Under the pieces are notes generated by a model. It was not told the DNA's origin and did not search any database. It saw nothing but the letters and a program-made list of their open reading frames with translations. Shown here piece after piece: positions 42,101-53,605 of a stretch of DNA of 64,000 nt. The stretch's first letter is position 1. Each line of letters begins with the position of its first letter. The DNA is from Eledone cirrhosa (taxonomy: Eukaryota). The DNA is taken from NCBI GenBank assembly GCA_964016885.1, contig OZ024764.1, forward strand, positions 6,200,001 through 6,264,000. The letters run 5' to 3'. The position numbers and the translations under genes were made by a program.

Positions 42101-43620
42101 ATAGTATCAGTAATGGAAAGACCAATGGAAACATTGTTTCCTTGGTCTGATCTGATGATCAGCTCCTTTCTTCTGCCAGGAGTTGTGACTGACAGATAGT
42201 ATCAGTAATGGAAAGACCAATGGAGACATTGTTTCCTTGGTCTGATCTGATGATCAGCTCCTTTCTTCTGCCAGGAGTTGGGACTGACAGATAGTATCAG
42301 TAATGGAAAGACCAATGGAAACATTGTTTCCTTGGTCTGATCTGATGATCAGCTCCTTTCTTCTGCCAGGAGTTGTGACTGACAGATAGTATCAGTAATG
42401 GAAAGACCAATGGAAACATTGTTTCCTTGGTCTGATCTGATGATCAGCTCCTTTCTTCTGCCAGGAGTTGTGACTGACAGATAGTATCAGTAATGGAAAG
42501 ACCAATGGAAACATTGTTTCCTTGGTCTGATCTGATGATCAGCTCCTTTCTTCTGCCAGGAGTTGTGACTGACAGATAGTATCAGTAATGGAAAGACCAA
42601 TGGAAACATTGTTTCCTTGGTCTGATCTGATGATCAGGTCCTTTCTTCTGCCAGGAGTTGTGACTGACAGATAGTATCAGTAATGGAAAGACCAATGGAA
42701 ACATTGTTTCCTTGGTCTGATCTGATGATCAGCTCCTTTCTTCTGTCAGGAGTTGTGACAGACAGATGGTATCAGTAATGGAAAGACCAATGGAAACATT
42801 GTTTCCTTGGTCTGATCTGATGATCAGCTCCTTTCTTCTGCCAGGAGTTGTGACTGAGAGATAGTATCAGTAATGGAAAGACCAATGGAGACATTGTTTC
42901 CTTGGTCTGATCTGATGATCAGTTCCTTTCTTCTGCCAGGAGTTGTGACTGACAGATAGTATCAGTAATGGAAAGACCAATGGAAACATTGTTTCCTTGG
43001 TCTGATCTGATGATCAGTTCCTTTCTTCTGCCAGGAGTTGTGACAGACAGATAGTATCAGTAATGGAAAGACCAATGGAAACATTGTTTCCTTGGTCTGA
43101 TCTGATGATCAGTTCCTTTCTTCTGCCAGGTGTTGTGACTGACAGATAGTATCAGTAATGGAAAGACCAATGGAGACATTGTTTCCTTGGTCTGATCTGA
43201 TGATCAGTTCCTTTCTTCTGCCAGGTGTTGTGACTGACAGATAGTATCAGTAATGGAAAGACCAATGGAAACATTGTTTCCTTGGTCTGATCTGATGATC
43301 AGCTCCTTTCTTCTGCCAGGAGTTGTGACTGACAGATAGTATCAGTAATGGAAAGACCAATGGAGACATTGTTTCCTTGGTCTGATCTGATGATCAGCTC
43401 CTTTCTTCTGCCAGGAGTTGTGACCAACAGATAGTATCAGTAATGGAAAGACCAATGGAAACATTGTTTCCTTGGTCTGATCTGATGATCAGCTCCTTTC
43501 TTCTGTCAGGAGTTGTGACTGAGAGATAGTATCAGTAATGGAAAGACCAATGGAGACATTGTTTCCTTGGTCTGATCTGATGATCAGCTCCTTTCTTCTG
43601 TTAGGAGTTGTGACTGACAG
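39160..43620. repeat. 95-bp satellite, ~47 homogeneous units, SINE-derived
   Basis: atcagtaatg at 39351, 39541, 39636 and onward. The unit aligns to SINE 29590-29678. Confidence 0.97.
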
Positions 43621-43990
43621 TATTCTCCCTCTGTCATTGTCTCACTCCCCCTCTCTCTTTTGTATCCATTTTTCTCCTCTTTTTCTTCATACTCTATCTC
43701 TTATACTCATTCTCTTTATTCTGTAACAGCTCTCTCCACCCTGTTTGTTTCACACACACACATACTGACACATACTGACACATACTGACACATACACACA
43801 CTGACACATACACACACATGCAGACAGGCAGACACACACACACAGCCATATTTATATATACCGAAACATGCACACATACAGACAGGCAATCATGCCCACC
43901 TACATGCATATAACACACACACACACATATATATATATATACACATATGCATACACATAACATATACATACACACACACACACACACACA

Positions 43991-44037
<47 letters not shown>

Positions 44038-45480
44038 GTATATATTTATATATATATATACACATATATATAGGTGTATATATATATATACACATATGCA
44101 TATATTTATGTATATACACATATGCATATATTTGTATATATACACACATATATGTATATATATATATATACACATATGCATATACTTATATATATACACA
44201 TATATATATATATACGTATATATACGCATATGTATATATTGATATATATACACACACACATATATATATGTATATATATATATACACACACATATATATA
44301 TGTACATATATATATATATGTGTGTGTGGGTGTGTGTATACACACACCCACACACACACACACATATATATATACGACCACCACACACACAGGTCAATTG
44401 CTGATCGTTTAAATCCGAAGCCATCCGGAAACTGTCGAACATGTCCGGAAACAGCCAAACTGTTGCTGCTGTTTTCCAATTTTCAAGCAGACGATCACTT
44501 TAAAATGGCCGCCACCATTACAATTGTTTGAATAGGAGCTTATTATCGCTGTTATGGCGAAGAGAAGCCGGCTAAAAGTGTACACAGAAGCTGAAGCAGC
44601 TTATTAAATTCTTTGAAAAATATTCAACAAGACTAAATTAACTGATTTATTGGACAGATTCCATTTGAAAACAGCCATGGCCGCTGATAATTGTTCTTGT
44701 TAGTGTTTAAGAGAATGAAAGGTTTTTGTAGTCATGCTTGCTTGATTATAAATCTCAATTACTTGTAGCCATGGCGAGCTAGCGAGAAGCCCCACAACAG
44801 CAATATATGCAACAACTGGAGGTAGTTGTAGTTGTTGCTATTATTGTGGACGTTCCTGACAGCACAATGCTAGGAAAATTGTGTATCAAACACGGATGAG
44901 TGTGGGGATATAACAGGATATGGTATGATATGATAGGAGGGGAGAGGGCCTGTTTCACACAGACATATATGGCTGTATTGTCAGCCTGGTGGTGATTGCC
45001 TTTGGCTAATCCTTCTAGTGTGTGTGTGGTTTCTGGCTTAGTGCTTCTTATGCATGTGCGTGTGTATATATCACCATTTTCACCACCAATCACCATTTTA
45101 CGTCTGCTTTTTCCCTGCTTGCAAGGGTGGGACGGGAACTGATTCTGGCTTGATTCCTACAGCTGGATGCCCTTCCTAACACCAACCTCATTTACAGTGA
45201 GTGCTGGGTGCTTTTTTTTTGCCGTGGCACCTCCACGACCACTTTGCAGTGGAATGATAGGGAACCCAGTCCCTATCATCTCATTTCTACAGCTGAGTAA
45301 ACTGGAGCAATGTGAAATAAAGTGTCTTGCTCAAGGAAGCAACACATCACCCGGTCTGAGAATTGAACTCACAACCTTTCGATTGCAAGGCCAATGCTCT
45401 AACCACTAAGCCATGTGCCAATATATGTATATATATTAATTCAAAATATTAACAAATATAGACATTCGTGTGATCAAGTA

Positions 45481-45547
45481 TATTTTATTATACATATTTC
45501 AGAGGTACTGAGCTATCTTCAACAATACGTCCTCATCAGATAAAATA
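45481..45547 (-). ncRNA. Type-I hammerhead ribozyme
   Basis: UAUUUUAU CUGAUGA GGA C GUAUUG...CAGUAC C UCU GAAAU AUGU AUA AUAAAAUA. 8-bp stem I. Confidence 0.75.
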
Positions 45548-45944
45548 AGATGATGCATGACATACCCCGACTAAGTAGATGGTTAAAATTCAGTCATGGC
45601 AGTGAATAAGATATGACAAAACTCAATATTCTAATCTATTGTAAAACTTTATTCTTTGATTTATTCATTGAACCTTGTTTAACCTTTAAATATATATATA
45701 TATATATGTAGAAGTTATATTTAAATTGTTGGGATACAACAAGCAAATATTTTTATAACTGATATAAAGCACTCAACAAATTATTGGAGTAAAAATACGA
45801 TATATTAACAAATGGAAACTATATCTAAAAAACCGGGTATTTTAACAAATGGAAACTATATTTATCTATCTGGGAGCTTCCAACAGAAATGGTTGCACTC
45901 TTTAAGGGTATGTCAATATTTATTTATAAAACTGATCTATATTA

Positions 45945-46009
45945 TATTTTATCTGATGAAAGCGCACCATAATTTGACTTGGTGTCCTTGAAATATGTAT
46001 AATGAAATA
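45945..46009 (+). ncRNA. Type-I hammerhead ribozyme
   Basis: UAUUUUAU CUGAUGA AAG C GCACCA...UGGUGU C CUU GAAAU AUGU AUA AUGAAAUA. Confidence 0.78.
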
Positions 46010-47575
46010 AATATGGTTTTATAAATATAGTTTCCATTTGTTAATATATTGTATATATATATATATATATATATAACGAAGGAATTGTGGTAAGGAACCA
46101 GATGGACCATAACGCACCAGAGTACTCAATACTTAGGGTAGTAGAGTGGGTAATTGGAAAATAGTCAGGACCCTGATGGCTGAGCTCTGGTTGTTTCGAA
46201 ACAGCTGTCGAAACGGCCGGAGCTCAGTTGTCGGGGTCCTGACTCTTTCCCTGTATGTGTGTATGTATGTATGTATGTATGTATGTATGTATGTATGTAT
46301 GTATGTATGTATGTATGTATGTATGTATGTATGTATGTATGTATGTATGTATGTATGTATGTATGTATTTATGTAAAAGGTAAACAGAAATAACAGTACA
46401 ACTGGTACAGTATATGGAAGGGATATACTAGTTTAGCGCTTGAAATAGCAGGAAGAGGGTCTTAACACCAACACCACCACCACTACCACAACCACCACCA
46501 CCACCACTACCACCACCACCACCACTACCACCACCAACACCACTACCAACACCACTACCACCACCAACACCACTACTACCACCACAACCACTACCAACAC
46601 CACCAACACCACTACCACCAACACCACTACCACAACCACAACCACCACCACCACCAACACCACTACCACCACCACCAACACCACTACCACCAACACCACC
46701 AACACCACCAACACCACCAACACCAACACCACCACCAACACCACCACCAACACCACCACCACTACCACCACCACCACCACTACCACCACCAACACCACCA
46801 ACACCACCACCACCATCACTACAACATGTGACTTACCATCAGAAGTAATTTTAAAATGACACAACTCTCCCCCACCCCCACCCTGCCATTCCGCCATCTT
46901 TTTCTTTTATTTTTGTTTGTTTTTGCTCCCTAAGAAATGTCAGCCAGAGTTGGTGGTTGAGGTGGTGGCTGTGATGGTGGTGCAGTGGTGGCTGTGATGG
47001 TGGTGCAGTGGTGGCTGTGATGGTGGTGCAGTGGTGGCTGTGATGGTGGTGCAGTGGTGGTTGAGGTGGTGGTAGCGGTGGTGGTGGTGGTGGTGGTGGT
47101 GGTTGCTGTGATGGTGGTGCAGTGGTGGTAGTGGTGGTAGTGGTGGTGGTGTAGTGGTGGTGGTTGCTGTGATGGTGGTGCAGTGGTGGTAGTGGTGGTA
47201 GTGTAGTGGTGGTGGTTGCTGTGATCGTGGTGCAGTGGTGGTAGCGGTGGTGGTGGTGCAGTGGTGGTAGCGGTGGTGGTGGTGATGGTGTAGTGATGCT
47301 GGTGGTGGCTGTGATGGTGGTGCAGTGGTGGTAGCGGTGGTGGTGGTGCAGTGGTGGTAGCGGTGGTGGTGGTGGCTGTGATGGTGGTGCAGTGGTGGTA
47401 GCGGTGGTGGTGGTGGTGTAGTGATGCTGGTGGTGGCTGTGATGGTGGTGCAGTGGTGGTAGCGGTGGTGGTGGTGCAGTGGTGGTGGTGGTGGTTGTGA
47501 TGGTGGTGCAGTGGTTGAGGTGGCATTGGTGATAATGGCAGATGTGGTGGTGACGATGTTGTGTTTATAGTGCTA

Positions 47576-47625
<50 letters not shown>

Positions 47626-48120
47626 GTACACACACACATATATATATGTATATGTATGTACACATATATATGTATATATATTCCCATCTGTAGAGGAGAA
47701 TGAACTCAACTGTTGCTTCAAGGATATATATTTTATCATCATCATCATCATCACCATCACCATTATCATCATCATTATCATTATCATCATCATCATCATC
47801 ATACGTCCGCTTTTCCCTGTTTGCATATAAATATATATCCCCCTCCACACACTACCACACACACCCTTGTCATGCCACCACCCACCCTTGTCATTCCACC
47901 ACCCACCCTTGACCTATAAACCCCTCTTACTCCTTTTATTTTCACACTTTTAAAAATTTTGTTTTTTATATCTATTTTTATTTTTATATTTCTCTCCATG
48001 CTGTGTTCTTTACTCTTTAACTTCCCTCCTTACTCCATCTCTGAATTCCACTTCTCCTCCTGTCAAAACTTTCCTGATGAAGGACTGAAGTCAGAAACGT
48101 TGACACCTCCTCCACTTCTA

Positions 48121-49210
48121 TTTTAACCACATGTCTGTAGTATCAGAGCTGTGATCTCTCAATTCAGAGATTCTTACCTGAGACATTTTAACCACATGTC
48201 TGTAGTATCAGAGCTGTGATCTCTCAATTCAGAGATTCTTACCTGAGACATTTTAACCACATGTCTGTAGTATCAGAGCTGTGATCTCTCAATTCAGAGA
48301 TTCTTACCTGAGACATTCTAACCACATGTCTGTAGTATCAGAGCTGTGATCTCTCAATTCAGAGATTCTTACCTGAGACATTCTAACCACATGTCTGTAG
48401 TATCAGAGCTGTGATCTCTCAATTCAGAGATTCTTACCTGAGACATTCTAACCACATGTCTGTAGTATCAGAGCTGTGATCTCTCAATTCAGAGATTCTT
48501 ACCTGAGACATTCTAACCACATGTCTGTAGTATCAGAGCTGTGATCTCTCAATTCAGAGATTCTTACCTGAGACATTCTAACCACATGTCTGTAGTATCA
48601 GAACTGTGATCTCTCAATCCAGAGATTCTTTCCTCAGACATTCTAACCACATGTCTGTAGTATCAAAGCTGTGATCTCTGAATTCAGAGATTCTTTCCTG
48701 AGACATTCTAACCACATGTCTGTAGTATCAGAGCTGTGATCTCTCAATTCAGAGATTCTTTCCTGAGACATTCTAACCACATGTCTATAGTATCAGAGCT
48801 GTGATCTCTCAATCCAAAGATTCTTTCCTGAGACATTCTAACCACATGTCTGTAGTATCAGAGCTGTGATCTCTCAATTCAGAGATTCTTTCCTGAGACA
48901 TTCTAACCACATGTCTGTAGTATCAGAGCTGTGATCTCTCAATCCAGAGATTCTTTCCTCAGACATTCTAACCACATGTCTGTAGTATCAGAGCTGTGAT
49001 CTCTGAATTCAGAGATTCTTTCCTGAGACATTCTAACCACATGTCTGTAGTATCAGAGCTGTGGTCTCTCAATTCAGAGATTCTTTCCTGAGACATTCTA
49101 ACCACATGTCTGTAGTATCAGAGCTGTGGTCTCTCAATTCAGAGATTCTTTCCTGAGACATTCTAACCACATGTCTGTAGTATCAGAGCTGTGATCTCTC
49201 AATTCAGAGA
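48121..49210. repeat. 65-bp minisatellite (~17 units)
   Basis: ttttaaccac at 48121, 48186 and onward. Internal hairpin ATCTCT..AGAGAT. Confidence 0.95.
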
Positions 49211-49685
49211 AGTAGCGGCTCTACTTGGAGTAACTCTCTGATCTCCGAGCTACGCATTTAATCGAGTAACGTCATCACTCCATAGACCCTCCAGAGGAAT
49301 CCCATTTCAACCACTTGTATTCGTGTATATATATATCATCATCATCATCATCATCATCATCATTTTACGTCCGCTTTTCCCTGCTTGCAAGGGTGGGACG
49401 GGAACTGATTCTGGCTTGATTTCTACAGCTGGATGCCCTTCCTAACACCAACCTCATTTACAGTGAGTGCTGGGTGCTTTTTTGCCGTGGCGTCTCCACG
49501 ACCACTTTGCAGTGGAATGATAGGGACCCCAGTCCCTATCATCTCATTTCTACAGCTGAGTAAACTGGAGCAATGTGAAATAAAGTGTCTTGCTCAAGGA
49601 AACAACACATCACCCAGTCTGAGAATTGAACTCACAACCTTTCGAATGTAAGGCCAATGCTCTAACCACTAAGCCATGTGCCTCC

Positions 49686-49716
<31 letters not shown>

Positions 49717-50505
49717 TATATACACATACACATATATATATATATATATAGTTCGGAATATCAGAGAACAAAAACAAGACAAACGCAGGAGTAAATATTA
49801 CAAATATTATTAGTTTCACACTTGGTGAGAGTGGAGTGTGTGGTTGCGTTGTTTCGGGCATAAGCCTTTCATCGGAAGAGTGGGGTGGAGGAACTCCGAC
49901 AAGGAGCGAAGGGGGAGATAGCGAGAAAAATAGAAATAAAAATGAATTGAAAACGGAACATGAAGTGGAAAATAAAAGTTATAAAAAAGTGTGAGGGGTG
50001 AGGTGGGGTGGCAGGGAGGGGGGGGGGGGTATGGATGAGGTCGCTGTGGATATTGGCAGGTATATTGATTTATTTATGATCTAGATTCTATATTTCCCTT
50101 AGAATGGTGAGACTAAACCTCTGAGGAGTACCTCAGTCTCATGTGGTTTAATCATAATCAATACTTTGTCTTCGATGAATGATTATATTGATTGATTTTT
50201 TTCGATGATCGATTACATAGATTGATTTTGAGCTATACTTTCCAGGTCTGAAATAGCGCTATAAGGTTTCAGTTACAATTCCAGCTGTGTACATATTCTT
50301 CTAAAGAATACATATTTGGTATATATACAATATATTGTGTTTCTTATACGATATACAGTTCTTTCTCTCTCTATATATAAACATATATCTCTTTATTGGG
50401 TTATTATGGCTCTAGATAAAGTGTATTGAGCTGGCTTATTGAGAAACACAAAATTCTAAACATATTTGATATGTTTTGATTCATTATTTGTATATATACA
50501 TATAA

Positions 50506-50696
50506 GGCGGTGGATTGGCAGTATCGGTAGAGGGTCGGATGCCATGCTTTCCAGCATAGAGTTACGTCCCTTTACGATCTGAGTTCAAATCCCGCCGAGG
50601 TTGACTTGGCCTTTCATCCTTACGGGGTCGATAAAATAAAGTACCAGTAATGCACTGGGTAATTGCTGGCCTTGTGCCTAAAGTAGAAACAATTAT
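50506..50696 (+). mobile_element. Second tRNA-derived SINE family (resembles octopus OR2-type)
   Basis: GGCGGTGGATTGGCAG...GAGTTCAAATCCC...cctttcatccttacggggtcgataaaataaagtaccag...agaaacaatt. Copies at ~5245-5425, 7244-7432, 11088-11252 (-), 12253-12458 (-), 13602-13992 (x2), 16781-16879, 21009-21120 (-), 22959-23056 (-) and 35420-35517. Confidence 0.85.
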
Positions 50697-50697
50697 T

Positions 50698-50778
<81 letters not shown>

Positions 50779-50824
50779 AAATAAAATAAATAAGTCAAAT
50801 GTTTAAAATTTAGTTTCATTTATT

Positions 50825-50879
50825 ACTGCTATATATATTTCGGTGACAGCCATCTTTGGCTGTGACCTCTTCAGGCAGT
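50825..50879 (-). ncRNA. Type-I hammerhead ribozyme (left copy of inverted pair)
   Basis: Exact reverse complement of 50940-50994. Confidence 0.8.
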
Positions 50880-50939
50880 TATACACCTCAGTTGTACACC
50901 TCAACAACATGTGTACTCGACTCTACCACACGAATTCGG

Positions 50940-50994
50940 ACTGCCTGAAGAGGTCACAGCCAAAGATGGCTGTCACCGAAATATATATAGCAGT
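50940..50994 (+). ncRNA. Type-I hammerhead ribozyme (right copy of inverted pair)
   Basis: ACUGC CUGAAGA GGU C ACAGCCA aaga UGGCUGU C ACC GAAAU AUAU AUA GCAGU. All three stems pair. Confidence 0.85.
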
Positions 50995-51150
50995 ACATCT
51001 TTAATAAACGAAGCCAAATTTTAAACATTTGACTTATTTATTTTATTTTATTTTATTTTACATTACTCCGGAGTAACCAAACCAACCTGCGCACATCGTC
51101 GAGTGCTCCAATCTGCATACTGAGGTGTTGGTATACAACCAATATATACT

Positions 51151-51204
<54 letters not shown>

Positions 51205-51364
51205 ATACTTTGGGAGGGTCATGTTGCCAATAAAGAATCTTGCTAAACAAATTCAGAAACGAAATATATATATATATATATGTCTATCCAGCGAATTTTC
51301 ATCATATGTTGATTTAAAACTTCACTATTCACAAGTGTTTTTTAAGCTTCATATCATGTCTCCC

Positions 51365-51435
51365 TATTTTATCTGATGAGAACGCAGATATCATCCCATG
51401 ATGATATTTGTTTTTGAAATGCGCATAATAAAATA
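51365..51435 (+). ncRNA. Type-I hammerhead ribozyme
   Basis: UAUUUUAU CUGAUGA GAA C GCAGAUAUCAUC ccau GAUGAUAUUUGU U UUU GAAAU GCGC AUA AUAAAAUA. 8-bp stem I and palindromic AUGCGCAU stem III. Confidence 0.85.
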
Positions 51436-51650
51436 CTTGGAACACTCTTTTAACCATCTTTTGATCTTATATTATATATATACATACCACTGCAAAGTGG
51501 TCGTGGAGGTGCCACGGCAAAAAAGCACCCAGCACTCACTGTAAATGAGGTTGGTGTTAGGAAGGGCATCCAGCTGTAGAAATCAAGCCAGAATCAGTTC
51601 CCGTCCCACCCTTGCAAGCAGGGAGAAGCGGAGGTAAAATGATGATGATG

Positions 51651-51681
<31 letters not shown>

Positions 51682-52276
51682 ATGTATGTATATATATGTA
51701 GATATACATTATGTGTAGCAGTATGTGTGTATATGTGTGTTGACAAAGTTTTTTTTAATGACATTTTTCACTGACGGAAATTACCGGAAGTTGTCTGTGA
51801 TTTTAAATCGAATGTTTACTGGAGTTTTAAATACAGGGCCAAGGTCATCAAAGGAATCAATACTTTCTCCTGCTTGACTGGTATTTTATTGATCTGCAGG
51901 AGGAATGTGATGGAAGTTGAAATCAATATTGAGTCTATTGATCTCCTACAAATGTTCCCCCCCCACACCACCGCCACCATCTCAGTTGTTTGCGCTGACA
52001 CACACACACACACATACACACACACACACACACATACACACACACACACATACACACACACATATACATACATACACCCATATACATACATATATATATA
52101 AGCCAGAATCAGTTCCCGTATGAGCAAGAAAAGGTCAACCGGCCGGACACTGCCCACAACAGGACAACTCGTCTAACCCATGCTAGCGTGGAAGAACGGA
52201 CGTAAAATGGTGATGATGATATATATATATATGTATATATATGCACATATACATACATATATATATATATATATAT

Positions 52277-52615
52277 GGAGGCACATGGCTTAGTGGTTAG
52301 AGCATTGGGCTTGCAATCGAAAGGTTGTGAGTTCAATTCTCAGACCGGCTGATGTGTTGTTTCCTTGAGCAAGACACTTTATTTCACATTGCTCCAGTTT
52401 ACTCAGCTTTAGAAATGAGATGATAGGGACTGGGGTCCCTATCATCCTACAGCAAAGTGGTCGTGGAGGTGCCATGGCAAAAAAGCACCCAGCACTCACT
52501 GTAAATGAGGTTGGTGTTAGGAAGGGCATCCAGCTGTAGAAATCAAGCCAGAATCAGTTCCCGTCTCACCCTTGCAATCAGGGAAAAGTGGACATAAAAT
52601 GATGATGATGGTGAT
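52277..52615 (+). mobile_element. Full-length tRNA-derived SINE with RTE-derived 3' tail
   Basis: A box TGGCTTAGTGG, B box GAGTTCAATTC, core CCTTGAGCAAGACACTTTATTTCAC and a (GAT)n tail. Other copies at 45095-45419 (-), 49337-49686 (-), 52850-53149 (+), 14030-14262 (-) and 51487-51652 (+). Confidence 0.85.
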
Positions 52616-53605
52616 GGTTTTATCTGTTCTGTATTACATCTCCTTTTAGTTTTTAAATTACGTAAATATTGAAGATACATCTGATGTAAAATATTCTTTT
52701 ATGCCAATATTATCTGGTATTCTGAAATGATAAAGAAACAGTGTGAGATAAGAGAGAAGACTTAAAAAGTAGAGATTTAATAGGGGAAAATCTTTCATAT
52801 CTACATTGATAAACATTTTATTATTAAAACTAGCAGAAAAACCACCCTTCGGACCAGGTGATGTGTTGTTTCCTTGAGCAAGACACTTTATTTCACATTG
52901 CTCCAGTTTACTCAGCTGTAGAAATGAGATGATAGGGACTGGGGTCCCTATCATTCCACTGCAAAGTGGTCGTGGAGGTGCCACGGCAAAAAAGCACCCA
53001 GCACTCACTGTAAATGAGGTTGGTGTTAGGAAGGGCATCCAGCTGTAGAAATCAAGCCAGAATCAGTTCCCGTCCCACCCTTGCAAGCAGGGAAAAGCGA
53101 ACCATTGCTGGAAGGGAAAACGGATCTTAAATGATGATGATGATGATGATATATATATGTGGTGGTGTACGTGTCATGGCTGAAAGCACCCAGCACTCGC
53201 TGTCAATGTCGCATCCATCCGTAGAAACCAAGCCAAAATCAGTTTTGTGAGAATGAATCACGGTCCCCCAAGCTGATCCCTCACAAAGGGTCAGCCCATC
53301 CTACCCATGCTAGCGTGGAAGATGGACCTTAAATGATGATGATGATGATGATGATATACATATGTGAGTGTGTGTGTGTGTAGTTTGTAAATTAGTAATT
53401 TGAATAGGTGCCCCAGGATGGCCACAGTCAAATGACTTAAACCATAAGAGATATAGGGGTAGATATGATTGACTAAATCATGGTACTGAGAGCCCCAGCA
53501 TGGCCTTAGGCTACTATAATTATAGTTATATCTTTATCTATCTATCTATCTGTCTGTAGTCTATCTATCTGACTATCTGACTATCTATCTCTCTATCTAT
53601 CTACC

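Larger units (their letters stand above)
50772..51060. mobile_element. Inverted pair of PLE-like terminal repeats next to (TA)n
   Basis: Arms 50772-50879 and 50940-51060 are reverse-complementary around a 60-bp spacer. Each carries a hammerhead. Confidence 0.7.

Noticed and set aside
39160-43620. CTGATGA plus GAAA in every 95-bp unit suggested a hammerhead satellite or C/D snoRNA array
   Set aside because: Stems I and II do not close properly, the best cleavage triplet ends in G, and CTGATGA corresponds to TTGACGA in the source SINE, so it is a mutation by-product.
44440-44500. Peptide [15 protein letters not shown] loosely like CUX1 exon 3 (APLLKSFQGE)
   Set aside because: Weak similarity and no suitable splice sites at the expected boundaries.
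52277-52350. tRNA-like sequences with A/B boxes (also 29476, 45350-45419, 49615-49686, 50506)
   Set aside because: These are heads of multi-copy SINEs continuing into SINE bodies, not tRNA genes.
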